A stretch of 63,992 nucleotides of DNA, counting the filler, from Octopus bimaculoides (lineage: Eukaryota): the NCBI RefSeq assembly GCF_001194135.2. It is 7 parts of 7 records of this genome, joined end to end, with 100 filler letters (N's around TTAATTAATTAA, not from the genome) between each part and the next. Parts side by side here need not be neighbours in the genome. Positions count along the whole stretch, not along the records: positions 20,606 to 30,012 come from NC_068985.1; positions 30,113 to 54,260 come from NC_068989.1; 5 more parts are not named here. One strand, 5' to 3'. Shown piece by piece: positions 25,559 through 38,909 of this stretch. The notes under the pieces were generated by a model. The model saw nothing but the letters and a program-made list of their open reading frames with translations. It did not search any database and had not been told where the DNA came from. A program made the translations under genes and the position numbers. Within the stretch, counting starts at the first letter, position 1. Every line of letters starts with the position of its first letter.

Positions 25559-26997
25559 CAGAGGGTAAGTCAGTAACGGTTGTTACACGCTTAGTGGTTA
25601 AAATATGAGTGATGAATTGTTAGGAAAATGGTTAGTGGTAAGAGAGTGTGATGGATGTTGATAGATAAGGGAACTGGGAGAGAAAGAATGATGTTTGACA
25701 AAACTGGAAAGTAGATAAAAGGGGTTTATATCAGATACAAACACAGATGATACCAGCTCTTATTACTCAAGCATTGTAATGTGTAAGAGGAAGAGTGTCA
25801 GAGTGACAAAGATGGTGGTAGAGATGGATTGAGTATAGAAAGATCTGTTTTACTTCATTACATTGACAAGAGCTTAATAACATGAAAAGATAAATATAAG
25901 GGTCTCAATAGATGTGTCTGCTTTACAGTTCAAAAATTGTAATAAGGCATTATTGGGTGAAGGAATGGTTCAATATTGGTATGACGTAAAAGTAATGGAA
26001 AACCTTTACCTGATCATGATGATGATGATGGCAACAATGATGATAATAGATGATGATGAGGTGGAAGGGGAATTTTTTAAATGATTTTCATCAATTTTTA
26101 TGCCAAGTGAAGAATCCACTTCTACAAAAACTGTACAAATTGGATGAATTAAATTACCAAACTCTAAAGTATTGCTCAATTAATTAACTTAAAAAAGTAA
26201 TAAATAAAACAATGTTATAAAATAGAAAATCAATAAATTAATTTGCAATGGTTGCTGCTGCTGCTGCTGTTGTTGCTGTTAGATAGAGCAGATGTAAATG
26301 TAAATGTGCAGGAAGTATGTCTTTATATTTACACTGAATCAAAAAGTCTCTCTCTCTCTCTCACACACATCACAGACTTCCAGATGGTCTCTGGAGAATT
26401 GATATTTCTGGCAGAAAAAAAATAATTGGGAATTTTTATTTATATATTTATTTTCAGCTATTTCCTGTCTTTCCAGAATTTTATGGCTTACATGTAGCTG
26501 AAGAGCTAAAGAGAAGGTAGGGAATCATTTAACCTGCCACAAATAATGGCCTAATCTCACCTAAATCACACTCTCCTGTCTTAAAAACAGAAGAGCACAT
26601 TGGATAATGTCTTCCAAAATACAGTGTAGACAAATTACTAAATAAAATATAATGCAGGATGGTAATGGCTATAATGACTTTTATCATACTTCTGCTTCAA
26701 CATGGCCACCAGCGTGCTTATCAATGTAAACATTGGCAGAAACATACCTTTAGTTCATATAAGTGATATCTACCATTATACATAATTTAAACAGTGATTT
26801 TCTTCTTACATTTCATTTCCACTACATATATCTTTTTCCAAGACTTTAGGGTTTTATTTAATTCACATATCTTATCTATAAAAGGCAGATTTTCTCTCTG
26901 TGTGTGTATGTTTGAAATTCATACATTTACACAATTCCAAATTTCTTGGATTAAAGAATTGCAATTAATATTCTAAATACAATTTGTTATGTCACTG

Positions 26998-27203
26998 CTA
27001 AATGGATGCCCAGAAGACCACCAGCATGGAGAAGAAGAGTCAGGAAACTTAAGGATCCTGCAAATGGACAGAGATTTTGAGACTAATTACTCGAAGCTTT
27101 TGACGAAGTAGAGGGGGATATTATAACATTACATGATGTGGAAGATAACTGGAGGTTTCTATGGGACAAACTGTTGAGGACTACTAACCAGATCTGTGGA
27201 TGG
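26998..27203 (+). mobile_element. Fragment of an RTE-like LINE ORF (endonuclease-RT linker region)
   Basis: WMPRRPPAWRRRVRKLKDPANGQRF*D*LLEAFDEVEG..VEDNWRFLWDKLLRTTNQICGW. Assigned by resemblance only. Confidence 0.5.
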
Positions 27204-28237
27204 TTATTTTTAACTCTGTAGGGGAAAAAATAAGGAGGTCTATAGCAAGATGGAAGAAAAAAAGAAAATGGTATCGTCAAGTGCTAAGACGACTCTAAAT
27301 AGTGTACTTTAATTAGGTTCGAGAATCTAAATACATAACTAGGAACATTCAGAAAGAGAAGGAGACAATGTTTAAGGAAAGAATCAAAAAATATTTATTT
27401 AACACTAGGAAAGTTTAAGAAGAGAGTGGAAGAAAGAAAGAAGAAAAGGAATGGCGTTGCTAAGTACAAAAAAGAATCGAAGTAATAAACATTAAGTATG
27501 TTCGATCAGGTAGTAAATATTAGCAAGGAATGTGTAGGTTATATATGAAAGCAAGAGAGACTGAAAGAAAAGTGATTGAAGATTCAAATAAAAAGACTTA
27601 AAATATTTAACTTCAGAAAATTTTCAATAAGATACTGACTTAGAATATGTGCAAGTTACAATAAATTCGTCTTACCTTATATTCTTGTCAGAGAAAACGA
27701 AAACAAACATACTTAAAGATTGCTTAACGGAAGATAATTTTGACGATTATTATTTTAGTTCAAGTCTATGGACACGTGTTTGAGTTTCGCTTTAGCAATA
27801 TAATTGATTAAGGAGAAACAAACATGTAAAAAGTCATTTAAAGAATATCTTCATGTCCTGGACAACTTTCATGGATATTTTACGCAGATGGATCAATTTT
27901 TGTTTCAACACTAGTTTTCGGCATGTTGTACAGGGGATATCTCGAGAGTCAAAAAACCCATGTATTCTTCTTATACCGCCATATAATATATACATACATA
28001 CATATATATATATATATATGCATACATCCATATATATATATATATATATATATACATACATACATATATATGTACATAAATTTACATACATATTATATAT
28101 ATATATATACATATGTATATACATACATATACATATATACACATATATATACATGCATATATATATATACATACATATATATATACATACATATACATAT
28201 ATACACATATATATACATGCATACACATATATATACA

Positions 28238-28285
<48 letters not shown>

Positions 28286-28373
28286 TATATACACATATAT
28301 ATGCATATATATTATATATATNNNNNNNNNNTATATATATATACACACATATATATATACACATATATATGCA

Positions 28374-28427
<54 letters not shown>

Positions 28428-28504
28428 ATCTATACATACACATAAACACAAATGTATATGTAAGTGTTAAGAAGAGGTGAAGAGAATTGACCTACAAATG
28501 TCTT

Positions 28505-28682
28505 GTGTTGGTGGCATGTAAAAAGCACCCAGCATACGCTGTAAAGTGGGTGGTGTTAGGAAAGGCATCCAGCCATAGAAACCATGTCAAATCAGACTGG
28601 AATTTAGTGCAGCTCTCCAGCTTACCACTTCAAGTCAAACTGTCTAACCCCTGCCAGCATAGAAAGCAGATGCTAAATGATG
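28505..28682 (+). mobile_element. RTE-like 3' end (CpG-decayed)
   Basis: ggtggcatgtaaaaagcaccc..aggaaaggcatccagc..ctaaatgatg. Confidence 0.7.
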
Positions 28683-28787
28683 TGCTCCAACATGGCCGCA
28701 GTCAAATGACTGAAACAAATAAAAGAATCATCATTATCATCATTTAGTGTCTGCTTTCTATGTTGGCAGGTTAGACAGTTTGCTTGA
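28630..28787. repeat. About 50-bp inverted repeat made from an RTE tail
   Basis: 28630-28682 versus 28738-28787 reverse complement. Confidence 0.85.
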
Positions 28788-28792
28788 TATAC

Positions 28793-29105
28793 AAGAGTTA
28801 AGGAATGGAGTAGATAAGATCCGGGCTACATATGATTCATAGCAAGCGGAATCTCAGAAATAGTAAATATCAAAGCAAGGTGTATACTGCAGGCTACTCT
28901 TCAGGTCAAGGATATCTTGATTAAATCTTTGATGTGTTAACATCTACCTCCTTGTGACAATGTAAACTTTCATTCAATCAAGATATCTTTGGCCTGAAGT
29001 TTAGCCTGCAGTATACACCTTGCTTGGATATTTACCACTTCCAAGGTTCCACTTGTTATGAAACATATGTAGCCCAGACCTTATCTACTCCATTCTTTAA
29101 CTCTT
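28793..29105. repeat. 134-bp inverted repeat with a 45-nt spacer
   Basis: Arms 28793-28926 and 28972-29105 align without gaps; I count 17 mismatches (87% identity). Confidence 0.92.
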
Positions 29106-29308
29106 CTATCCTTATTTGCACACCTGGCAACTCTGGTTGCCTACTGTGAAATATAAAAAGAACTTTTTTCAATTTATCATACTTCAATACATTAAAAAAT
29201 TCACAAAACTTCTGTCTCAATAAACCACTATTGTCCCTGAAAGTTGTTTTTTTATATTCACTATGGATTGCTTGAAGCTAACTTTCTTCTTACACCTTGA
29301 TCCTTGGA

Positions 29309-29352
<44 letters not shown>

Positions 29353-29729
29353 TTGTCATCAGCCTCATCAGTTAATGTTCACCTTCCATGCTGGAATGGG
29401 GATATTTGTTGGAGGATTTAACAGAAGCTTGTGATTCAGAAGAATGCCCTTCCTAACACGACCCACTTTATAAAGTGAACTAGGAAACCCTAATATGTTC
29501 TTATCTATTATGCAGAAGTTTCCCTGCTCCCTGTATAGCCACCTCTTCTTTCCTCAATATTACATCCACACTCAGTGGAGGGGTCTTGTCTTTTGAGATA
29601 CTTGGTGACCTCGTTAGTGCTGATACCATGAAAAAAAGTCCCCAGTACAGTCTGTAAAGTGGTTGGCATTAGGAAGAGCATGAAACCAGAAACCATGCCC
29701 AAGCAGACATTGGAGCTCAACACACTCCT

Positions 29730-29954
29730 CTAGCTCATCTCGACTATAAGCAGGTGTTATGTTCCAACCCCATCCCCCCACGATAGGTGAAAATCCCCGA
29801 AGTAGAAACAGTACTGTACTGTATATCTTTTATTATTTTTATAATTTGTATATATTTATGTTATTACAAATGCAAAACAAAACTACAGAGGAATCGATGT
29901 AAGCTTAAATAATAAACCGTGATAGGTGAACAGCGATATGGTGAGGGATTACTG
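29730..29954. mobile_element. Tigger/pogo-like MITE remnant
   Basis: The right end reverse-complements to cagtaatccctcaccatatcgctgttcacctatcacgg, and the gataggtgaa motif is repeated. The left end is degenerate. Confidence 0.4.
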
Positions 29955-30012
<58 letters not shown>

Positions 30013-30112
30013 NNNNNNNNNNNNNNNNNNNNNNNNNNNNNNNNNNNNNNNNNNNNTTAATTAATTAANNNNNNNNNNNNNNNNNNNNNNNNNNNNNNNN
30101 NNNNNNNNNNNN
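30013..30112. other. Artificial assembly linker
   Basis: N44-TTAATTAATTAA-N44. Confidence 0.97.
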
Positions 30113-30122
30113 TATATATATG

Positions 30123-30158
<36 letters not shown>

Positions 30159-31678
30159 TGTATATAAACATTTTAATCCCTGTAAATATATATGTGTGCG
30201 TCTCTGCGCGTTAGCATGGCCGCAGTCAAATGACTGAAACAAGCAAACGCATAAAAGACTATGTGTTCGCATATGTGTGTGTGTATGTGTGCATGTGTGT
30301 ATAGATGGATAAATAGATATTTGTTTATACATGTAACCTATACATATATGCGTATATATAATACATATACATGCGTGTGTATGTGCGTGTGTGTGTATTT
30401 TGCGTGTGACTAAACGCTTCTTCAATAGACAGGCGTGTTGGTAAAATTTATACTTCAAATTTAATGAAAATAAACTGGGGATATATAACTAGATTTCTTA
30501 TTCTTCATTATAATTAATCCTGTATCTGTAAGTCACTTTATAATTCTATTCCAGGAAGATAGCACACTACAGGTGAACCGTGTTAATTATGGAAATATAT
30601 CGGTTTCAAATATGGCTCATTATATAAACTAAATTACTTATTGATTTTTCGTCCAGCCCATTATCCGTCTCTTTTAATGTGGTTACCCACATATGCGCAC
30701 AGCATACCGGCTTCCACTGTATATATATCTCTGTGTTTGTGTATATTTGTATATGAGTGTGTAAAAGAGAATCTGCAGGTTTTTCTCGTATTTCTAACTG
30801 GAGTTTGTTTTTCTTATTAGGTTAGAGTGAAATAATAGAAAAGTCTTTAGATAGAGAAACGAATATATGTGTTCATAAATATATACTTATATATGCGTGA
30901 ATATATGTATATATATATATATATNNNNNNNNNNNNNNNNNNNNNNNNNNNNNNNNNNNNNNNNNNNNNNNNNNNNNNNNNNNNNNNNNNNNNNNNNNNN
31001 NNNNNNNNNNNNNNNNNNNNNNNNNNNNNNNNNNNNNNNNNNNNNNNNNNNNNNNNNNNNNNNNNNNNNNNNNNNNNNNNNNNNNNNNNNNNNNNNNNNN
31101 NNNNNNNNNNNNNNNNNNNNNNNNNNNNNNNNNNNNNNNNNNNNNNNNNNNNNNNNNNNNNNNNNNNNNNNNNNNNNNNNNNNNNNNNNNNNNNNNNNNN
31201 NNNNNNNNNNNNNNNNNNNNNNNNNNNNNNNNNNNNNNNNNNNNNNNNNNNNNNNNNNNNNNNNNNNNNNNNNNNNNNNNNNNNNNNNNNNNNNNNNNNN
31301 NNNNNNNNNNNNNNTGTGTGTGTGTGTGTGTTGTGGACAACAGCTTGGTTCGTGTTATATTATTGTGCGTCTGTATATATATTTTTTCTTTTCTCTGCTT
31401 CCATAATATTATTCTACTACGATATTAATCACCCTACTTATTTATCACATTATACAATGTCACGTTATATACACACCGGCTCTCACCAACGCTCATACAC
31501 TCGTAGATATATATTCACATACCACTAGAAAAAAAAAATGCGTGTTTCTGTGTGCTTTTTTATGTAACGGCCGTGTCTATAATATGTTAATTTAAAGCCA
31601 TGTAGTTCTCGATTGTATCCATCTTCGTTGAATCTTTAGGATATTTCCTCAATAGCCTATGAGTGCGTATATGTGTGT

Positions 31679-31910
31679 TATTTCTTTACTACCAACAAGG
31701 GGCTACACACAGAGGGGACAAACAAGGACAGACAAACGGATTAAATCGATTATATCGACCCCAGTGCGTAACTGGTACTTATTTAATCGACTCCGAAAGG
31801 ATGAAAGGCAAAGTCGACCTCGGTGGAATTTGAACTCAGAACGTAGCGGGCAGACGAAATACCGCTAAGCATTTCGCCCGGTGTGCTAACGTTTCTGCCA
31901 GCTCGCCGCC
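31679..31910 (-). mobile_element. SINE-C, full-length monomer with 8-bp TSD
   Basis: Head ggcggcgagctggcagaaacgttagc..gagttcaaattc, tail ..gtagccccttg..aaagaaataa. ATGTGTGT flanks both sides. Confidence 0.9.
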
Positions 31911-34589
31911 ATGTGTGTCTATGTGTGCGTATTTGTGTGTCTATGTGTGCATCCATGTACGTGCCTTTCCTTACACTGACACCATTTAAAGATTTGCAAG
32001 AGCCAGGAAATCCTCGTTGTTCAATAGCGTCTCAGGAATTGCCATAGGTTTCCTACCTACATACTTTCATTCTCTAGTCGACACAGGTTTATGCAGCAAC
32101 GGCACTTCTTCAATATGACCTGCAGCAAATTATAAACTAATCATATGATTAACAAACGAACTTTGTAACCATTTAGCCGTAGATCATCTCCATAGCATGG
32201 CTAAACGTTTAGGTATTTTGCTTCACAACCGCAGTGTATTTGTTTCGGTCCCTCTACGGAGCACCTTGAGCGAATATCTTTGTTTGTAGGTTTGTGTCAA
32301 CCCATAAAGTGTAAATACTAAAAGATATTCAGAAACTATATAAAATGTCGTAGCATGAACTGTAGCTATAATTCTAAACGCACTCTGTGGTCTCATACTG
32401 CCTCACGCTGATTCTGTCTTAGAATTTCGTTGAGGATACAGGTTAGTGTGTCAGTGTGTGTTTGTTTGCGTGTGTGTGTGTTTAAGGTTGTACTCGCTTA
32501 TATATATCAGAAGCGGGTCATTCATTTGGTCCAACAACGTTATGTAACAAACACGCACCACCATTTTGTTTTTCATTCGAAGTTGCTGAATCATCAATGT
32601 TGATGGTTCGCTGTCTGGACTTCAAATATATTTGAACGAGGTTCTTCTCCTTGTCATCATTTTTCATCCTCAAGTTAGCTGTCACTGGGTAGATGCAGAT
32701 TCCTGGATGTTCCAATCATCATTATTTTATCGTTCTCTTGCGTATGAAGAATCTAGGACTAAATTGCTCAACGTGTCCTTACTGTTCGGGTGAGATTCCA
32801 CTATTAAGTTTTAGTTCCCCGGCAATATAGGGAATTTTCATTTTTGAAGAAGCCAAGTATATCGGTTTAGGGTATGAATATGAAGCTGGTTCCAACAATT
32901 GTTGTCACTGAAATCAAAAGAGGTGTTTAAATAATTAGTGACAGAGAGTCAGAGAGAAAGAAATACCGGACATATGGTCGAATTGCATAATGTGAAACGT
33001 TTCTCTCACGTGACTGTTCTTTTAATTTACCTGTTTCAAAATGAGCATAGCTGAATTTTCAAGCATACATAACAGTAATTAAGTAAAGGAATGTGTTGTT
33101 GATGTTGCTTAGGCATAGCGTGGCCTTCATGGCAGCTGAACGGTAGAATATTTGCCCAACATGACTAACTGTATACTGCTGAATGTGTTAATCGACGCGT
33201 CAGTATGACGTCATTTGAAGAAGAATTTGCTACTATTTTTAGACGTCCAACAACCGCATAGATGCTCTCATGCGTTCATTTCTTTGAGGAAATTTACCTA
33301 AATAACTTTGCGAGAGTTGGCAATTTTCAGTCGATTATGATTCTAATGCTTCAGCAGGAAATATTTTTTGAGTAGCATGACATACAGAGTATGGCTATCT
33401 CGTCTATACATTTCTTAAGATTCGCTCTATTAGATAAAATAATCTCGCTAAAGAAGGTTGCTCGATGACCTTGAATAATATAGTGTTAGCAATGCACACT
33501 TAAACGAGAACGGGTCTCGCTTTGACATTTCTATTATAAGAAATTTGTTGAATAAAAATCAGACATGGCATTAATCTGTCTAATGTGAACTAATTTATTT
33601 CTAAAAATGTTGGCTACAGGAAACATTATCATGTTGCAGTGAAGCTTGAGGAGTTATTGAATTGTAACGGTATTATAAAACACGTTGAGTGTTAAACTAT
33701 TCAACCATGTCTATTTTGTGATGTTACATCAACCATGGTTATTTTATAATTTTATTCATTTTGTTTCTGATGATGTTATTTGGCAGTAATATGAGGATTT
33801 TAAGTCAATGGTGATCCCAAATTACTTCATTGATAGATTTTTATTATGAGAAGAATATTGCTTTTAAATATCTCAGAAAATCTGAAAAATCCTGAACATT
33901 TCCTTTCCTGTTAAAAATCTCACTATCTTTATAAGATTATTGTGAAACAAGAAGTATGCAGAGAAATATTTTAATGTTTATTTGAAAACATGAATGACTC
34001 ATAAAATAATCACATAATGACATTCAGATTTAGCAACAGCATGGCATTTCAAAAAATCAAATGGAAATCTATCTTAGTTTATAATTGAAGTAAAAGATTC
34101 GCCGTGTCACATGCGTGTATTTCTTATTTCTTTAGTTAATTCACTTTTTATTGCGAGAATTTTATATATGTGCATATGATTTTAAATATTTATTTTATTG
34201 TTGCTTTCAAGAACCGTGCCCTCACAATGTCGATAATCAATTCATCTGTTAGAATTTCTAAAATGAGAAAAAAATCTGACGTTGTGATTAAGATGAGCAC
34301 TTGAAAATAGCCATTGTGGCTAACTAATGAAGAATAGAAAGTTCATCGTACTGTATTCTAAACCAGTATTTGAGAGCGAATTAAGTTATGCATTGGTAAG
34401 TTTCCATTCTACCGAAGGAGACATACTTTAATTTTTTTGGAAAGATAAGTACATTTGCTCGTTCATATGCGTTAATGGAAACTAAGGTATACCTACAAAA
34501 TATGAAACAGCATATTTTTCTTATATAAATATTCGATTTCTCAATAGTCTTCAAATGTACAAAATTCACATTGGTTCTTATAAAATCAA

Positions 34590-34900
34590 TAACATTGCGT
34601 CAAACTTGGGAGGTCTGCTACAGAGGCAATGGTCTTGCTTCACCAAGCGTGCGGTGAAGAGGCAATGGGTTGTACGTTGATTCTAGTGGTACAGGCGCTT
34701 CAAAAGCGGAGGAACGTCTCTGGAAGATCATGGTCGATCTGGAAGACCTCCTACGAGTGTCACGCCCGGAAATGTGGCATTGTGCATCGGGAATGTGTAC
34801 CACTGAAATAGACAGCCAGTCGAGAGTTCTACTGTGACGGTTTGAAGCGCTTGAGGAAGGACATGCGGTGAAAGTTCTCCTCACCCGTGAGCTGCCCTTT
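34590..34900 (+). mobile_element. Mariner remnant, 5' part (HTH region plus a short catalytic-domain piece)
   Basis: CVKLGRSATEAMVLLHQACGEEAMG / WYRRFKSGGTSLEDHGRSGRPPTSVTP / EFYCDGLKRLRKDMR*K. Confidence 0.82.
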
Positions 34901-34952
34901 AAAATCAACTTGGTATTTCTTACGCACGCTATTCGGTTGATTTAGCACATGC

Positions 34953-35813
34953 AGATTAATATGGTAATCAACAAACTTGTTAATATATCTCATCGATTAT
35001 CGCTTACTTTTTCAAGTGAAGAATAATCGTTAAGATATATTATTAGAAAGTAATTAAAATAGTGAATATCTTAATACCAATAAGAGGTTAAGAAATAATT
35101 TAAATCTGACACTGTTTGTGTATCCTCTAGAACTATATCTGGTCTTATGTATCTTCTAGAACTATAACTGCTCTTCTCTCCCCTCAAAAGGCAACTCAAA
35201 GATTACCGTTTTAACACAGTTGTCGAGATCCTGAGCGAATCGCAGAAGGTACTCAACTCTCTTACAGGAAACGGCTACCAGGCAGGATTCCAAAAGTAGC
35301 AGGAACGCTGGGATCGGTGTATATTGCCGCGCAAGGTGACTATATCAAAGGAGATGATGTTAAAACTTAGGTAAATAAGTTATTGTTTATTAAACATAAC
35401 TACTCCGTGAGCTTTTTGGTACCACCGCGTATTTTGGTCTTGTAGTATGAGATATAATCAAAATGCATTTTTGAACATATCACGTACTGCAAGCATCTCT
35501 CCATAAAAAAGGAGCAAATATGAAGGAATCTCTCCATAAAAATTAAGCAAATATAAAGGCGATTGCTCAGACGACCTTATATCTATGTTTCTTATATACT
35601 AGGGCTATACAATTAAAGGTCATATCCTGAAATTTCAAAATCAATTTACTGAAACATCAGTAGATTAATATGGTAATCAACAAACTTGTTAATATATCTC
35701 ATCGATTATCGCTCACTTTTTCAAGTGAGGAATAATCGTTTAGATATACAATTAGAAAGTAATTAAAATAGTGAATGTCTTAATGCCAATAAGAGGTTAA
35801 GAAATAATTTAAA
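34953..35813. repeat. 152-bp direct repeat, copies at 34953-35104 and 35662-35813
   Basis: Ungapped, 7 mismatches counted. Confidence 0.92.
35175..35429 (+). mobile_element. Mariner remnant, 3' part with right terminal inverted repeat
   Basis: LKRQLKDYRFNTVVEILSESQKVLNSLT..FQK*QERWDRC..QGDYIKGD, then ..gctttttggtaccaccgcg followed by TA. Confidence 0.8.
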
Positions 35814-36573
35814 ATTATCGAAGATAACACTGGGGATAAATTTGTACTGAAATTTGATAGATTACACGTACGCTAAAGATACATAAATACAATGAAATTA
35901 CTCGATTCTTATTCTAAATTATCGTACAGCTTTATGGGTTGAATACATTTGTAATTTCATAGAGAGCAGACACATAAATAGACACTAAATACATTCACAG
36001 AAACACATACTCAGATATACACACACACACGTATACATACACATACACGTTCAATTTGTGTGGAGGGGACTAGTCGATTACATCGACCCCAGTTTTTCAC
36101 AAGTACTTAATTTATCGACCCTGAAAGGATGAAAGGTAAAGTTGATCGCGGTGGAATTTGAACTCAAGAATGTAGCGATGGATGGAATGTCGCTAAACAA
36201 TTTGCCTGGCGTGCTAAAAATTTTGCCAGCTCGCCGCCTTCAATGATAATAATAGTGATGATTTCAAATTTTGGTACGAGGCCAGCAATTGTAAAGAAGT
36301 AGAAGAGTCGATTACTTTGACCTGTATTAAATTGGTACTTATTTTATTGATTGCAGTGTTTAATAGATACTTATTACATCGATCCTGAATAACGGAATGC
36401 AATGTCAATCTTGGCGGAATCGGAATTTCAATTCAGAACGTAAAGACGGACGCTATGATGCCAAAGTATTTTGTCCGGCGTGCTAACTATCATTAGCAGT
36501 AATATATAAGAATATCTTGAAATGTAACGCATGCTAGCGTCAATTCTCGGTTTTGCTAACGCCAAATATAGTT

Positions 36574-36671
<98 letters not shown>

Positions 36672-36901
36672 CAAGTTCGAGGTATTGTGCCTCCAGTAGA
36701 AAGGATTATTATTATTATCATTATCAATCTAGTATATTCTAATTTAATTTACAGGAGTGTTACAACGAGACTTTGCAAAAATCGCTCCTCAAATCTCAAG
36801 AATCTAAGTATTTTTGAAGAAAATAGGATGCTACTTTTCCGCAGGTCCACTGTACAAATACCATTTGCCAGACGAAAAATTGTTGCTTTAGTTTTATACA
36901 T

Positions 36902-37210
36902 GCGCATGGCTCAGTGCTTAGGTTGTCGATTGTCTGACTTACAATCATGATGTAGTAAGTTTGATTCCTGAGTCGGGCTGCATGTTGTTTCTTGAGCAAG
37001 ACACTTTATTTCACGTTGCTCTAGTTCACTCACCTGTACAAATGAGTTGCGACGTCACTGATGCCAAGCTGTATCGGACCCTTGGATAACATCGGTGGCC
37101 TGGAAAGAAGAGGTTGGTACGTATGGGCGACTTTTGATCTTCCAAAAACAACGTTGCCTGGACTTGTCTCTCGGAGGGAAACTTTCTAGGTGCAATCCCA
37201 TGGTTATTCT
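36902..37210 (+). mobile_element. SINE-D: older tRNA-derived SINE, single copy in the window
   Basis: A-box tggctcagtg, B-box-like gtttgattcc, and cttgagcaagacacttt..ttgctctagttcactca resembling conserved central SINE domains. Confidence 0.65.
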
Positions 37211-38877
37211 TTACCCTTTTAGTCTTACACAGCCCCTTCAGGTGTCTGACTAGATCCTGATATTTCTCACTACCCTTTCGATATTAATGATCTGTTTTTC
37301 CCTTCTGCTCTTCTCCTGTAACACCAGTCAAAGACTAATGGAGAATACATGTCTCTTCATGTTTTGAGCTGCTTCCTCGTTTTCCTGTCGATATTATTTT
37401 GTTAATCTTATCCCGAACTAATAAGTTTTGAAATCATTAGTGATACACCCACAACTTTATTCACTGTATGCTGTTTTCTGTATTCAATTCGTATCCTACT
37501 ATTATTCTGCAAGTATATATACTTTACATACTGAAGATTTCCTACATTTGATATTTTCTAATATTTCCAGTATACCATCGAGGAGAATTTTCCTTTTATC
37601 CCTCCGAGGTCGAACAAGAAAAGTACAAGTAATGTACTGTGGTGGATCGCATCAACGAACTCCCCATCCCATTGAAATCGGTGGTCTTATTANNNNNNNN
37701 NNNNNNNNNNNNNNNNNNNNNNNNNNNNNNNNNNNNNNNNNNNNNNNNNNNNNNNNNNNNNNNNNNNNNNNNNNNNNNNNNNNNNNNNNNNNNNNNNNNN
37801 NNNNNNNNNNNNNNNNNNNNNNNNNNNNNNNNNNNNNNNNNNNNNNNNNNNNNNNNNNNNNNNNNNNNNNNNNNNNNNNNNNNNNNNNNNNNNNNNNNNN
37901 NNNNNNNNNNNNNNNNNNNNNNNNNNNNNNNNNNNNNNNNNNNNNNNNNNNNNNNNNNNNNNNNNNNNNNNNNNNNNNNNNNNNNNNNNNNNNNNNNNNN
38001 NNNNNNNNNNNNNNNNNNNNNNNNNNNNNNNNNNNNNNNNNNNNNNNNNNNNNNNNNNNNNNNNNNNNNNNNNNNNNNNNNNNNNNNNNNNNNNNNNNNN
38101 NNNNNNNNNNNNNNNNNNNNNNNNNNNNNNNNNNNNNNNNNNNNNNNNNNNNNNNNNNNNNNNNNNNNNNNNNNNNNNNNNNNNNNNNNNNNNNNNNNNN
38201 NNNNNNNNNNNNNNNNNNNNNNNNNNNNNNNNNNNNNNNNNNNNNNNNNNNNNNNNNNNNNNATATATATATATGTATATGTATATGTATGCATATATAT
38301 TTATATATTTGATTGTACTTATGCATGTATTCGTATTAACATCCACGTACACGCACAACTCATGTTTTATGATTTTACATACACACATATTTATGCATAT
38401 TATTTATGCACAAGATGAAAATGCGCAACACTTTGGGGGTTTAAATTTGATATGAGCTTGAAACTCGTCTCTTTCACGTATAATCAAATAGGCATTTATA
38501 AATGCAGAACACTCATGTGAATGCATTATATTTACATACATATTATTGGCAATGCACATGAACATATGTGTGTTTTTGAGCGTGTGTATGCGTATGTGTG
38601 TGTGTGTGTTATTTATGTAAAACACATAGCGGTTTATCGGCGGTTATTTGCGTATGACATTAGTGTCACTTGCTGAATATCTGTTACATTTATAGAATAT
38701 TTTTATCTCATAAGGCATGACATTTTAAATATCTGAATTGCGATAGTAATATATATGCATATGGCTTTCCCAAGGACATAACTACACAAAATTAAACTGC
38801 TCCATTTTGAAAACAAAATGTGTAGGTATGACGTGGGGTTGCTTATTTAAGCATATACGCATTTTTCTACATATGTG

Positions 38878-38909
<32 letters not shown>

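Noticed and set aside
26010-26121. Minus-strand exon candidate EVDSSLGIKIDENH..IIIIMI
   Set aside because: Half is (ATC)n-derived low complexity and there is no homology; it cannot be supported without RNA data.
26458-26516. Plus-strand exon candidate LFPVFPEFYGLHVAEELKR
   Set aside because: The splice signals are plausible, but equally good minus-strand signals overlap it, there is no partner exon and no family was recognised.
32518-32715. 65-aa minus-strand ORF in complex sequence
   Set aside because: No recognisable motif or splice structure, and its length is expected by chance.
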